From Spheniscus humboldti (Eukaryota), in contig CM049887.1 of NCBI GenBank assembly GCA_027474245.1, positions 20,751,762-20,815,761 on the forward strand: DNA of 64,000 nucleotides. Reading direction: 5' to 3'. Both the position numbers and the translations under genes were made by a program. Below the pieces are notes generated by a model. That model saw only the letters and a program-made list of their open reading frames with translations. It was not told the origin of the DNA and ran no database searches. Positions 24,036-37,625 of this stretch are shown here, piece after piece. Position 1 is the stretch's first letter; every line of letters begins with the position of its first letter.

Positions 24036-24988
24036 ATCCAACAGTGGGATCGAGTGCACCCTCAGCAAGTTTGCAGATGACACCAAGCTGAGTGGTGCAG
24101 CCGACACGCCAGAGGGACGGGATGCCAGCCAGAGGGACCTGGACAAGCTTGAGAAGTGGGCCCATGTGAACCTCATGAGGTTTAACAAGGCCAAGTGCAA
24201 GGTCCTGCACCTGGGTCAGGGCAACCCCTGGTATCAATACAGGCTGGGGGGATGAAGGGATTGAGAGCAGCCCTGCCAAGAAGGACTTGGGGGTACTGGG
24301 GGATGAAAAGCTGGACGTGAGCCAGCAATGTGCGCTCGCAGCCCAGAAGGCCAATCGTATCCTGGGCTGCATCAAAAGCAGCGTGGCCAGCAGGTCGAGG
24401 GAGGTGATTCTGCCCCTCTACTCTGCTCTGGTGAGACCCCACCTGGAGTACTGTGTCCAGCTCTGGAGCCCTCAGCATAAGAAAGACACGGACCTGTTGG
24501 AGCGAGTCCAGAAGAGGGCCACAAAAATCAGCAGGGGGCTGGAACACCTCTCCTATGAAGAGAGGTGGAAGATCTCTCCTATGAAGAAAGGCTGAGAGAG
24601 TTGGGGTTGTTCAGCCTGGAGAAGAGAAGCCTTCGGGGAAGACCTTATTGCAGCCTCTCAGTACTTAAAGAGGGCTTATCAAAAAGATGGCGGCAAACTT
24701 TTTAGCAGGACCTGTTGCAACAGGACAACGGGGAATGGCTTTAAACTAAAGGGCGGTAGATTTAGACTAGATAGAAGGAAGAAATTTTTTACGCTGAGGG
24801 TGGTGAAACACTGGCACAGGTTGCCCAGAGAGGTGGTGGATGCCCCATCCCTGGAAACATTCAAGGTCAGGTTGGACGGGGCTCTGAGCAACCTGATCTA
24901 GTTGAAGATGTCCCTGCCCATGGCAGGTGGGTTGGACTAGATGACCTTTAGAGGTCCCTTCCAACCCAAACTATTCTATGATTCTATG
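24036..24988 (+). mobile_element. CR1 LINE 3' fragment (RT C-terminus, 3' UTR and (ATTCTATG)2 tail), antisense within a CENPJ intron
   Basis: ORFs read [68 protein letters not shown]... and ...[30 protein letters not shown]. The tail attctatgattctatg lies at 24973-24988. A small internal tandem duplication is present near 24548-24590. Confidence 0.85.
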
Positions 24989-25030
24989 TTATCTATTTGA
25001 TAAAAACTGCCTAATAATGGTCTGAATTAC

Positions 25031-25175
25031 CTTTCCTCTGTATTAGTCCATAAATGTTTTTCTCCACTGGAATTTTCAGAGAGATCTGAGCTTTCCACAC
25101 ATAAAGGATCAATGTGATGATCTTCACTCTCCGTTAATACTTCCATCTTTTGTTCTGGACACCGCATGTTTTTTC
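25031..25175 (-). CDS. CENPJ: CENPJ coding exon (KNMRCPEQKMEVLTESEDHHIDPLCVESSDLSENSSGEKHLWTNTEE)
   Basis: Acceptor atag (25176-25177) and donor GTAATT (25029-25030) on the minus strand. Phase joins ...TEE+R|PIKAAI with the next exon. Corresponds to human ...[35 protein letters not shown]. Confidence 0.75.
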
Positions 25176-26408
25176 CTATGAAATGAATAGACTTTTTTTT
25201 TCCTCCCAACAACAAATCAGTTTTCAGTTCATACTTTAAGCAGCATTCAGGTCAGATTAAAACCAGAAGGGAGCTTCATGATAAAGTAGCCTGAATTTCT
25301 ACATAAAATAGTCCCAAGATTTCCCCAAGTTGATTATTATTTGAATTTGAGCTTTCTTTTTAAAGGAACATCCAATTATGTATTAAAAATTTTCCACAGA
25401 CCTTAAATAACCCATTCTGATTGTTCTTCATCTTTGCTATTGTTAATTTATAGCTTAAAAATAAAATAACTGAACAAATTTGGATTTCTGCTTTACTGAA
25501 GAGCTCTCTTATCAAGATTCTGTTTCCCATCTATATATGTATAAATTAAGATAAATTTATCCTTTCACATCCTCTTAGACCAAGCCCTCTGATTAAAAGC
25601 TTTAAAGCTGATATGAAGTATGATGAAATGCAATCTCATACCTTTTCCCCAAAACCTCTACAGGTTTTCAGCAACCTTTAGTTGCTAGATTAAAACCAAA
25701 ACCGCTATTCCAGTCATAGCAGTGCAGTAGTCATGCTAGTGCCAATGGTAAAACTGAGAAGAGGAGGAAGGATAAAGAACTCCAGTGCATTCCTTCTGAT
25801 GTACAAATAATTTTTAGTTATATGATGGGATCTCTTTGTCAACCCATCTTGACTCCTAATTCCAGTTCAGTTACTAATCCTCACAATAGAGCTGGTCTGA
25901 AGACATTCTGTATCCCTGGATAGATTGTTATTTTCCATTTGCCACATGAAAATGTGGGTACAGTTCAGCCCAAACAAATCAGCTATCATTATTTAAACAA
26001 TTCAGCTGTCATTATTTGCTATTTTCCCAGTCTTTATCATATATAAGCTTTAGCAGTAAAGATTATATCTTTTTCCTAAGAGACAAACATTTCATCCAGA
26101 TAGAAGAACTTGATGTTTTCCTCATGCTGCTTTTAACAAAACTCACACGGACATCAACAGGAACACTCTGAGGTCTGCAAGCTGTCAGTAAATCAACCAA
26201 CAAATCACGTAAACCAACACTTGTATAAAATCTTCACGATAAGTAGTAGAAAAATTACGTTCAATAACTACAAAGGGAAAAAACCCCACCACAAACCAAG
26301 TTATCTTTCTATAAATGACTAACCAGTAATACATTTGTCTTCCTCATTTTTCAAACAATTCTGCATTTTCAGAGGCACACCCAGACCTTGTTTCTCACAG
26401 GCAGACAC

Positions 26409-26621
26409 TCCTGAAAGTGTCTGCATTCAAAGATGAGGTGCATTCTTTGTTGTTTAACTTTTGTAAAAAATCACTGTCTTGTGTATGTGGAGAAACAATT
26501 GGAGCATAAGTTCTGTCTTCAAAGATATTCTGATACCCAGATGATGGCAATTGGTATAAAATTGTTAAGCCCGCTGAACGCCCAGGTCTTAGCTTTTGAC
26601 TTTCAGCCATTAGAGTATAGC
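26409..26621 (-). CDS. CENPJ: CENPJ coding exon (GYTLMAESQKLRPGRSAGLTILYQLPSSGYQNIFEDRTYAPIVSPHTQDSDFLQKLNNKECTSSLNADTFR)
   Basis: Acceptor caag (26622-26623) on the minus strand. The phase-consistent donor is a weak GTGTCT at 26407-26408; the stronger GTGAGA 11 nt further on would break phase. Corresponds to human [55 protein letters not shown]... The 3' boundary is uncertain. Confidence 0.6.
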
Positions 26622-27440
26622 CTTGAAATTAAAAGAAAAAAAATGGCTGTGTCATTGTATTTGTATTACACCACCACTGTTCCACAGGAGAAAAGAAATG
26701 GTACTGAAGGGCAAGGCTGATCACCCAGCCTCCATCCTTATGTTACTGATCAAGAATAACTGATTAGGCAATCTGGATTTTGTTCTCCTAAGGCTAAGCC
26801 CTAAATTCATTTTCTCAGGTAGGCAGAGTAAAAGAAAGATAATCATTTAAGTCAGGCTGGACTGATACTGCCAACAGGAGAAAATACCCCTGCTCAACTC
26901 TAAAAGCTCTTTCCAGCCCCCCACCGTCCCCTCCCTTTGCACACAGCAAATGAGACTGGAAAACTGATACAGGTTACAAGCGTTTGTTTTTCAATACAGA
27001 TCAGCTCCCTCGTCTAGTTCAGTTCATTATCCGAACAAATCTGTGCTGCGTGAGCACAAACAAGGAGGGACTACTTCATTTGAATACAGTGATAGCTTAA
27101 AGCAATCAAAAGTACTGTGAGAAACAGCTAATCAGAAAGGAAAGCAACTGGTTTTTTACAGTCTTTTGTATTTAAAATATGTTCTACGAAACAAGGGCTC
27201 CCATCATAGCACATATTGATCAAGTTACAATGACAGTTGGCGTTTTATAAAAACAGGATAGTGTTCCTTCTACAGCAGCACTCAACTTTCAGGCACTGAA
27301 GCGATGCAGCATTTATCTTTGACTAGTTGAGTAGTCTTAAGATGAAGAACACTGAATACACTTTCAGATTTTAACTGGAAAGTGAGATTAAATTCTTCAG
27401 TTTACTCGAAGTATGTCATACGCTTGCTTTCTCAACGTAC

Positions 27441-27564
27441 CAAGAACTGCTGTCTGGCCAGATACCATGTTAAGTAGTTTCTGCTGCTCTTCCATTAGCC
27501 TTTGAAGTTGCTTCATCTGCTGTTTCTTTAGCTGTTCCTGTTTCTGTTGTTGCAATTCCTTCAG
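27441..27564 (-). CDS. CENPJ: CENPJ coding exon ([41 protein letters not shown])
   Basis: Acceptor aaaag (27565-27566) and donor GTACGT (27439-27440) on the minus strand. Matches human [37 protein letters not shown]. Confidence 0.85.
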
Positions 27565-29625
27565 CTTTTCAAACAAAAAAATAAATGTATTAGAGGCTAG
27601 GTTTACTTAGAATGTACCACAGGATTAGTGTCATCAAGACAACAGATATTTCTTGTTTTAAAGATGTTCCATTAGGTAAATGTAACATGAAGGAAATTAT
27701 GAATATGAAATGCTATGCTAAATGAAATTTTTGTTTTTCTATCTATGAATGCACATGCTATTTCCAGTTTGCCCAATTAACAGTTCCACTAGTCTTTAAT
27801 TGACCAATCTGCAAACAATAGGGATCAGAACACTCATATCTACTGCACAGGAAAAACATTCAAATTCTGCTCTTTTAACATTAACTTCTACTACGCCATG
27901 TTTTTATTAAAATGTGAAATACTTCATAATAATCAATGCTTTAGAAAAAGTGTGGGTTTTTTTTTTTTTTTGCTTTCCAAGATCTCAGTTACAGTGAACA
28001 GTACTGATACAAAGGACCAAGAGAGGGCAAGAAGAGCATCGGAGAACATTAAGACTCGTGAAGCTGCCTGAAAAAAAGAATTAAAATACTGATTAAATTC
28101 AGTAATCCAGTCTTCATTTTCTTCTGTAGCAGGAGTCCCTGACCCTGCCTCAAGACCAGCCTCGAGGGCCATATGAAGGCAGGGCATTCTGTACCCTACC
28201 AAACCACAGCAATACCATGCCCATCTCTGCATCTCCAACACATACGTATGTGCTAGTTTCAGCTCCTCCAACGGAAAGACAGGAGGCCTGATGAAATCCT
28301 TCCATAGATCAACAATAGGACTGCACCTGTCATCCAGCAAGTAAGAAAAATTTCCCTTGAATTCTCCTTGTAGTCCCTTAAAATTCCAGTGAAAACAGAA
28401 GTAAGGCACTATGCAAGTAGAAGCTGTGAGCTAATGATAGAGATCCAAAGATCACCTAAAGTCTCATCTCCAACCCCTTCCCTTAATTTATTAAAGAAAT
28501 CATACTTCTACCTGTTCAGATAATATCCTCAGAAAGCCAAACTGAAAAAATCTCATGCATCCAAAACTACATTCGTCACTGCAAGCATCAGATTTATTTT
28601 TTTATAATATATTAGATTGTCAATAACTGTCTAAGACAGGAGACTTAACAATTCCGCTTAAGATACCATTAAAGCAGCTAATATCTGTTATTTAGCCACT
28701 GTTTGATACTGCTGACAATACTGAAAAAGTGAATAAATATTTTCCTATCATGTAAAATAGAGGAGAAAATTTTTGTAGCACCACATAAGTTATGGAATTC
28801 TACTCTAGAGACTCACACACACATCCCCACGCACCCCACTTGAGTGAATAGACATAGGGATTTGTGCTGAGGTAGCTGCCAGCAGAGTGGACAAGGAGGT
28901 GAGTGACTTTTTAATCCTTAACAGCAAGATCTATTGAAGTGCCTATGAACACTTTCAGCTAATGCAATTTATATCTAGTAATTAGGAAGAGCTACGAGCA
29001 AACATATAGCCAGTTACAGTGGATTAACTGACATGCTTGCATTGGAAAAAAAAACAATAACATCACAGCATTGTAATTCCAGGCCTTTTTGTCCCAATGT
29101 CATGGATACTTCATCACATTCAACACTAACATCATTCTTCATCTAAACAGAACCAGGTATTGGATGTGCATAGCTGCTTTGAGAACTAACAGAAGATGTT
29201 GCTATAGATACAAGAACATACAACTTCACCACGTTGTGAATATCTGTGGTGAAGTACTACCACTGTAATGACCAGCAGCCCATTTTCACAGCTTCAAGTG
29301 AAGAAACAACGGAACATTGTAAAACTGTGTGGACCTTTCCAGGTAAAACGATTTCGAGAACAAGTACACTGCCACTGAATGCAATTTCATTTTAAACTGG
29401 AACCTGTGCCAGCTGGAAACAACAGAAGTTAGACTCTCAATAAATGCACATGATGATGAGGACACCAATTTTTATGCACGCGTAACTGTGACTTCAGACT
29501 TGCTCTTTAAGCTTGCTGTGTTCTATATGTTGCAAAGAGTTTGCTTAGTTCCAGGTATGACAAATCATATGCAGAAACAAAATAAATCTTAATTGATGTA
29601 TGTCAAGGAATTCTAGAACTTTTAC

Positions 29626-30014
29626 CTGTTCAAGCTTTTGTAAGAGTGGATCGCTGTGATCGTATTTATTCTGACCATCCACTTCACCATGGACAAAGTC
29701 TGTTTTAGAGGCTTCTACGTTATATGCTGCTGCTGGAAAAGATGTTTCAGTGGTATATTGCTGAAGTGTACAAGAGCTGCCAGGCTCTTCTTCACACAAG
29801 GAGTCATCACTTACAGAACAGCTGTCTGAAAGATGCAACACTTCAGCAGGGAAAGCTGTGATGTTTTCAGGTCCGGATAATAAATTTCCTTTGTTGATTT
29901 TCAAACTGGTAAAACTAGGATCTAATAAGACTCCAGCACGGGAAGTATCGGACATCCAATGTGCAATGAAGTTTTGTTCGCTACTCAGATCTTCAACAGT
30001 TGACATCTTGTAAA
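29626..30014 (-). CDS. CENPJ: CENPJ first coding exon. ATG at 30004-30006: MSTVEDLSSEQNFIAHWMSDTSRAGVLLDPSF...PLLQKLEQ
   Basis: Minus-strand acceptor cag at 30015-17; start codon ATG at 30006; donor GTAAAA at 29624-29625. The N-terminus matches human [35 protein letters not shown]...PLFKKLEQ. Confidence 0.85.
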
Positions 30015-31294
30015 CTGTATTCCCATTTATTTGCTGATACAGCATTAGCATAACAGTATTACGTTATGTAGCATTAGGACACTAAAACTTTCAAAGTTCC
30101 AGGTACTTGGTATGGACGGTTACCTACTTTTAGCACCTAGAAATTAAGCAGATAAACACAATAAGACACCTACAATAACAGACTTTCAGTAAAAGACAGT
30201 TAACTCTCTTATAATCAACCCAGTGTGTTTACAAAAATAAGTCACAATCTACTTTTCCCTATGCAATAGAAACAATTTGGACAATTAGTAACAAACACTT
30301 TCTGTGCAGGAAGTCAACATAATCCTTTTATTTGAGTGCAGCTAATATTATCTCAAATATTATAAAGCTGTGTATAATATTGTCTTCAGTACAGAGAGGG
30401 ATTCAGAATTTTTTTGAAGTGCCTGCAACAAAAGAAGTGATTTGAGGAGTTGAAAGAGAGACTTCCCTCACAGAACCTGCATATCAACGCAAAGTTTCAA
30501 ATATGTCCATCTAAATACAAACATTTTACTGCACATATTTCAATGCAGCACTTATCATTTTCGTGTCTTCCTTAGTTGCTCATGGAAACTCTACAACCAT
30601 GATGCCTGTTAGCTTCTTCCTCCCAACCAGCTTCTTTTTTTATATCCATCAAAAAAAAAGTTTGAAGAGTGCAAAAGTTTCAGCGATAACCAAATGCCTA
30701 CAAGTGTCATAAATCATGAATGAATTCAGGTAGATAGGAGACCCAAAGTGATTTCCTCACTTAAGAAGGAAAAGAGACAGAACTGCTGCCAATGACGATG
30801 TGGCAGCAAGAGCCTGACCACTCAGCCCTGCTACCTCAAACTAGTCCCAGGGCAATTAACTTTCTGCCTGTGCATATGGTGTGTCACAGGGAATACAGAG
30901 GAAAGAAGGGGCCAGGAGACAAAGGACAGACAACCACAGCAGCCCAGGCTCAACAGTCCTGCTGATCAGGAAACAACTTCTTAAAGCTTCCTTGTTCCCA
31001 AGGGATCAGTTCATGCCAGCTCTCACTTAATTTCCACGCTGTAAAAGGGCTTATGCTTTCAACCAAAGTTTGAAACCGTGACTAGGTGAAACAGCAAAAT
31101 TCCCTTAAGAAAATGTTTTTCAACTGCCTTCTGTTTTGAGACACCGCTGGAAGTTCCCAGCGAGGTACAGATTCCTGCATAGGCAAATTCAAGGCTACAG
31201 GGCTCACACGCTGTTTTTCCTGTCACCTTTTGGAGACCCTTTCGTGGCAGCCTGCCAGTTTAAAGCTTCCCCTAAAGTCTAAGTGAAGCAGTAC

Positions 31295-31450
31295 CTGCGA
31301 GCCAACCAAAAGAGCTGGCAGGGCTGAAGCTGACCCGTCCCGGGGAGGCGAGGAAGGACGAAGGGATTCCCCCAAAGGTCGCCGGTGGGGAGACGAGCAC
31401 AGCCACGCTCCTCAGCCGAGCCGAGCGGCCAGGCCCAGCGCCTCCCTTCC
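31295..31450 (-). other. CENPJ: Putative CENPJ non-coding exon 1 (5' UTR)
   Basis: Minus-strand donor CGCAG|GTACTG at 31295/31294, inside the CpG island upstream of the coding exon. The TSS position is a guess. Confidence 0.3.
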
Positions 31451-31999
31451 CCCACGGACACGGACACTGCCCCAGCCCGCGGCACCGCGACACCCTCACA
31501 GAGGACGCCCTAAGTGCGCCGCCGGGTCCCACCGCTCCCCGGGCCCCAGGCACCCGCACCACGACAGCTCCGACCCGCAGCCCCTCACAGGTACCGGGGC
31601 GGCAGCACCGGAACCGCTCCTCAGGCCGCTTCCGCAGCAACACTGCGCTCTGGCCGCTACCCCTCTATTACAAACCTGCCGCCATCGCACAGCCTCCCGG
31701 CGCCGCAGGCTGGGCACCGCCCCAGCGCCGAGCATGCTGGGAGTGGTAGTCCCAAGCCGCCGCCTTCCCCGCCCAGCTGCGAGGCGGTTCTTCGGCGCTC
31801 GAACTACAGCTCCCAAGAGCCTCAGCGGCGAAAAGACCGTTGGTGGGCCTCAACAGTGAAGTACTACACCTACAGTAGCCGCTGCCCCGGTTCCTGCCCG
31901 GGGCTGTCAGGAGCGGGAAGAGGTGGCGGGGATCCTTTCAGGCTCCTGGGCCTGCCCCTCGCTCCTGAGGACGGCCCGCAGGTGGCGGCGGCTTCCGGG

Positions 32000-32188
32000 T
32001 CCTCCCCGCGTCGCCGCTGGTGGCCCTTCTGGGAGACGGGGTTTCTCTTCGGGCGGCGCTGCTCCCGGAGAGGCAGAAGGCCGTATGTGCGCAGTGTTCT
32101 TCAGCGGCTGTCCCGGCATGGTGTGTGAGGAGATTCTCGTCTAGTGAGCTGTCCGCAAGCCTTTCGAGGTGTAGTGTTTTCTGCAGGG
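32000..32188 (+). other. PARP4: Putative PARP4 non-coding exon 1 (5' UTR)
   Basis: Candidate donors GAG|GTGTAG at 32168 and GGG|GTGAGG at 32188, at the 3' edge of the CpG island. The first coding exon (38907) begins at an AG acceptor, so an upstream 5' UTR exon is required. TSS unknown. Confidence 0.3.
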
Positions 32189-35100
32189 GTGAGGCTTTGG
32201 ACTTTTCGTGCGCTTTTATTGCGGCTACTTGCACTCTTTTAATCTTTAAATAGCTGCAGTAAGGGAGGAGCAGAAAGATAAATGGGCAAAAAGCATCACC
32301 TGGCTTTCTGACGTTTTGTGCTTTAGGCACGCTCTATCTTACTGAGCGAAGTTAGTGTTTTCCTCTAAACCCCACTCAGTGGCAGAGCATCACGCTCCAA
32401 AAACTTGTGGTACGTCGCAGCCTGTGACCTGTTTTTGCAGCTGTTGTGGGCAAGTACAAAACCGAGCTCTAGGTTGTATAAACCCAGGACAGCCCTTTCA
32501 GTCGCCTACTACTAGTTTTAATTTCCGCTGTTACTTTCTGTAGTTCCACAGGGCTGTTTCTGCTAAACTTTCTACCATCTTTCCTGCACTTTGGTTTTGC
32601 CAGTTATGAATATATTGTCCACATGATTGTCCTCGGACTGGATTCTGCATTAACAGTGAGAAGCTACTGTGCTAGAAAATGCAAGGATTTGTACTTGTGC
32701 TTTTTTAAAGCACAGCATCACATTCAGTCCCTTTGACATCTCTAGTAGGAAAATACAGTTGAGGTTTGTTTTCAGTTTACCTTCACACTGAAGGCCTTAC
32801 AAGACTACAGATTATTCATGGTCTATTGTTGGATGATAAAAATTGATTTTTTGGGTCCCTCTCTGTGCTAAAAATATAATCCATTGCTAATGATGGTGTT
32901 GAATTTGTGGTTTGATCATGAAGTACAAGCTCGTGTGCTTGTGTGAAATCCTTTTGAGGCTATTGGGGCCTTATGGATCTCCACCAACACAAATTAAAAT
33001 TGTGAGAATTAAACCAGTGATAATTGTCAGCAGTTCCACTTTGCATAACTTCCTTATCTGGTGCTGCAACAACACAGTATTCCAGTTATAAAAGTGTTTA
33101 TCAGCAGTTAATTAATTCTCAACACACAGATTAAATACAATAGTTTTATATTCTGATTTTGAATTTTGGAAATTTTGCCATTCAAAAAGAGTAAAACCAA
33201 ACACTGCTAAAATTCCTTGAGAAGTTTGGTTCTCTAGGGAAATAGGAGAAGAGAAGCTACTATTCAGTGGTAGCATTCATCAACAGTGAAAGAGAATAAA
33301 ATCTTCACTGAGGGGAGAGAAAAGTTGGTGGGGACAGACTTTAAACAGGTTTAACTCAATTTCCTGCTCTCTGTCGGGTATTCCAAAGTTCACTTATGCT
33401 TTAACAGTGACAATTTCCTCCTGCTCCCAAGTACAGCGAGGGTTACCGCCCCTTATTGTGCAGTAGACTGCACTTCGCTCGGTTTATTTCTTTGTCTGGG
33501 TTCCTGTCCCTTCGGGCATTTTGCAGAGACATACGAGTGTGTCCTAGCCCTTCCTACCTACAACACCCAGGCTCTCCAGTTGTACCTCACGCTGTTGGGG
33601 AAGGAGGAAGATCCTTCAGGGAGGGCAGCTGCCTGAACAGGTGAGTGTAAACGATTTGGCTCTCTCAAAATCTAAAGAGAAGAGTGGGATCAGGGGTCAC
33701 TTAATACCTCTTGTGCTGAGAACAGAGAAGGGGGTGTGTCTCTGCAGACAGACTTGGAGACAATGAATCCCTCAAGTTTATGTGCATACCTTTCTGCTTA
33801 CTGGCTGATCTACGGCTTATTTAATGATCAGTTCTCAGAAGAATTTTTTTCTCAGTTCTTAGCAGCTTGATTTTCATAAGCAAATGTAATATGAAATACT
33901 TCTGTGGAGTTTTGCACCACACGTAGCTACCAATCTCAGTTGCTTCTGGTGTGTTCTGGATGACATATGGATGTATAGGTAGGGCTGATGCTTGCAATTG
34001 CTTGTATGTATTTCATTGCCTTCTAATAAACTTTTTGTTTTGGCTGTGCAAATAGAGTTCATTATTTCCTGAGGAGACAACTTCTGGTGATACTTAGCAG
34101 TATCCAGAATCTGCTTTAGAGAATATATTGAGAAAACTAGTGCACACAGAGCTCTAGTGAAGAGGAAGGCAGTGCCCAGATCTATACTATGGTTATTAAA
34201 GGAAGCCTTTAGCAGTGGCACGTTTGCCCTTATATATGCCTCAAATTTATCTGTCTTGTTTGTGACAAGAGTCAAAATAAAGTTGATAAAAGCAGCTTAA
34301 AATAAGACTTTATACCACAAAGTACAGCTTCTTAAAGGTACAGTTTCCCACATAGCCAAGTTATAACAAGGTTGCATCATAAAAGATTCTTATCACCTCA
34401 GATAACATAGTATATTGTGAAAACCTCTTAGTTAAAATATGGAGAGTTGTTTTTTGTGTGAGCAGAGAGTACTTCTATGCCAAAAGCACTGCTAATGACA
34501 TAGAAAACAAAAACAGGAGCCCCAAAATATAGGTATATAATGACATCATATGCCCTTTGATCCGCTATCTGCCTGATATGCACGTATTACCATTACAGAG
34601 TTGCCAGTTCTATCAGGTGTATAGTGCAGTAGATGATTTGGGCCCTTCCTATAGATTACCTTTCTGAGATAAAATTACACAGATGTGTATAAAATTGTGT
34701 CTGATAGCATTTCCAGGTTATCATGAAACCCCAAATTCAAATTAATTATGTTGCTCTCTCTCCTTGACTACTTATATTTTAGCTAATAATTTAAGTTCTT
34801 CCATGGTAGCTGGCCATCTGATTCCTTTTTTACTGCACTGAAGAACAACTTTACTTGCATACATTGAAAATCAAATAGGCCACATTCCTTAAATGTAGTA
34901 TGGGTAACATACTCTAAATCTCACCCTAAAATTACCTCTGGCTAACGTGTTTCCATTTTTTTATCTGAAGCCTTATCCTAATCATCTGCTCTAAACTTGG
35001 GTCCTTGTTAAATTGATCACACAATAATCTTATATTAGATTGTGAAGTGCTGTATACTAATTGTTAAGGCAGCAGAACCAATTGGGTAATTAAATTATTT

Positions 35101-35758
35101 GTTACTAGTCCTAAGAAACTAGTAAAGAAACTGTTCTAATAAATGTTTCCTCATTTGCACATACATAGTGCAGAAAAATGTGAATTGGTAAATGAACGCA
35201 AGTAGTTCAAACAGCATCTGCTTTCCTTTTTGCAGTCTTCAATGTAGGTGTTGTTTACTTATAGAAGTAGGAGGATAGAAGCTTAATCAGAATTTGCGGT
35301 CTATGTGGGAGCTCTCATTAAGTTGGAGAAAGGTCATTTTTGCTCCGAATGGCTTCCCCAAGAGAGAGGGCACTTAATATCAGACATTTTTGGCTAACAG
35401 AAGAACTGCTTTCCTTTCACATTATCTTTACTTTCGAACAAGCAATTTCTTATTTGTTCTGCCTCTGTGAGTCCAGGATGAATTTGGAGAGGCCAAGTAT
35501 TCTAGAGTGTCAGTTTTGTCCAGTTATCTCACAAATAAAATTATTTGGCCTTAAGTCACTGTGGAAAACTTACATCATCAAGTAACTTTTCCAGAAATAC
35601 AAATAGATAGAGTAAAAACAAAGTCTTTACCAGTGACACCAATACTAACCATGTGGATGCGATATGGACATGGTGTACTGGGATCCAAAGAGTCATTGGT
35701 AAAAAGAATTTATGTTCTCTTCATGCTAGTTACTGTAGTGTTAGCAGTGTGTCTGCAT

Positions 35759-37625
35759 TATCATAGAATCATAGAATAGTTTGGGTTGGAAGGGACCTCT
35801 AAAGGTCATCTAGTCCAACCCACCTGCCATGGGCAGGGACATCTTCAACTAGATCAGGTTGCTCAGAACTCCGTCCAACCTGACCTTGAATGTTTCCAGG
35901 GACGAGGCATCCACCACCTCTCTGGGCAACCTGTGCCAGCGTTTCACCACCCTCAGCGTAAAACATTTCTTCCTTCTATCTAGTCTGAATCTACCACCCT
36001 TTAGTTTAAAGCCATTCCACGTTGTCCTGTCGCAACAGGCCCTGCTAAAAAGTCTGCTGCCATCTTTTTGATAACCCCCTTTAAGTACTGAGAGGCTGCA
36101 ATAAGGTCTCCCCAAAGGCTTCTCTTCTCCAGGCTGAACAACCCCAACTCTCTCAGCCTTTCTTCATAGGAGAGGTCTTCCATCCTCCTGATCATTTTCG
36201 TGGCCCTCTTCTGGACTCGCTCCAACAGGTCTGTGTCTTTCTTATGCTGAGGGCTCCAGAGCTGCATACAGTACTCCAGGTGGGGTCTCACCAGAGCAGA
36301 GCAGAGGGGCAGAATCACCTCCCTCGACCTGCTGGCCACGCTGCTTTTGATGCAGCCCAGGATACGATTGGCCTTCTGGGCTGCGAGCACACATTGCTGG
36401 CTCATGTCCAGCTTTTCATCCCCCAGTACTCCCAAGTCCTTCTCGGCAGGGCTGCTCTCAATCCCTTCATCCCCCAGCCTGCATTGATATTGGGGGTTGC
36501 CCTGACCCAGGTGCAGGACTTTGCCCTTGGCCTTGTTAAACCTCATGAGGTTCACATGGGCCCACTTCTCGAGCTTGTCCAGGGCCCTCTGGATGGCATC
36601 CCGTCCCTCTGGCGTGTCGACCGCACCACTCAGCTTGGTGTCATCTGCAAGCTCGCTGAGGGTGCACTTGATCCCACTGTCTATGTCCTTGATGAAGATA
36701 TTAAACAGTACCGGTCCCAATACGGACCCCTGCAGGACGCCACTCATCACCAGTCTCCATCTGGACATTGAGCTGTTGACCACTACCCTCTGGATGCGAC
36801 CATCTAACCAATTCCTCACCCACCGGACAGTCCACCCATCAAATCCACACCTCTCCAGTTTAGAGAGAAGGATGTTGTGGGGGACCGTGTCAAAGGCCTT
36901 ACGGAGGTCCAGATAGATGACATCTGTAGCCCTTCCCGTGCCCACTGATGTAGTCACTCCATCACAGAAGGCCACTAGGTTAGTCAGGCAGGACTTGCCC
37001 TTGGTGAAGCCATGCTGGCTGTCTCAAATCACCTCCCTGTCCTCCATGTGCCTTAGCATAGCTTCCAGGAGGATCTGTTCCATGATCTTCCCAGGCACAG
37101 AGGTGAGACTGACTGGCCTGTAGTTCCCCGGGTCTTCCTTTTTTCCCTTTTTAAAAATGGGGGTTATGTTTCCCCTTTTCCAGTCAGTGGGAACTTCAGT
37201 GGACTGCCACAACTTCTCAAATACGATGGGTAGTGGCTTAGCAACTTCATCCGCCAGTTCCTTCAGGACCTGCGCATGGATCTCATTGGGTCCCATGGAC
37301 TTGTGCACCTTCAGGTGCCTTAGATGGACTCAAACTTGATCTTCTCCCACAGTGGGTGGCTCTTCATTCTCCCAGTCCCCGCCTTTGCCTTCTGTGGCTT
37401 GGGCGGTGAGGCTCAAGCACTTGCCAGTGAAGACTGAGGCAAAAAAGTCATTGAGTACCTCCGCCTTCTCCATGTCCTGGGTAACCAGGTCTCCTGTTTT
37501 GTTCTGGGGACATTTTTTTTGTCCACGTTTTCCCTCATCTTCCTTTTATCCCCGACGTACCTATAGAATCTTTTCTTGTTGCCTTTGATGTCCCTGGCCA
37601 ACTGCCATTAGCGGTTTGGCTTGGA
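35759..37625 (-). mobile_element. CR1 LINE, 5'-truncated, about 1.9 kb, antisense in PARP4 intron 1
   Basis: The complement of the (ATTCTATG)n tail lies at 35761-35778. Minus-strand ORFs 36001-36975 ([69 protein letters not shown]..., RT), 37024-37308 ([25 protein letters not shown]...) and 37413-37601 ([14 protein letters not shown]). Confidence 0.85.

Larger units (their letters stand above)
31270..32230. promoter_or_regulatory. CpG island; putative bidirectional promoter of CENPJ (-) and PARP4 (+)
   Basis: About 1 kb of very high GC and CpG density (runs of ccgcgg, gcgccg, cggcgg) in an otherwise AT-rich window. It lies between the CENPJ first coding exon (30.0 kb, minus) and the PARP4 first coding exon (38.9 kb, plus). 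Long ORFs on both strands here are GC-composition artefacts. Confidence 0.75.

Noticed and set aside
24548-24590. Short tandem duplication (ctcctatgaag...ctcctatgaag) inside the CR1 fragment
   Set aside because: Small internal slippage duplication within a decayed repeat; no functional implication.
27933-28409. 158-aa minus-strand ORF inside CENPJ intron 2
   Set aside because: No recognisable motif and no match to CENPJ (its neighbouring exons are accounted for and in phase without it). No splice-site or phase support. Treated as a chance ORF.
31272-32330. Cluster of long overlapping ORFs on both strands (up to 204 aa; Pro/Arg/Gly/Ala-rich)
   Set aside because: These lie entirely in the CpG island. 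Open frames on both strands are expected at about 75% GC. There is no domain-like sequence, and they are inconsistent with the exon structure of the flanking genes.
33874-34275. 133-aa minus-strand ORF in PARP4 intron 1
   Set aside because: AT-rich low-complexity translation with no homology I can recognise and antisense to PARP4. Likely chance.
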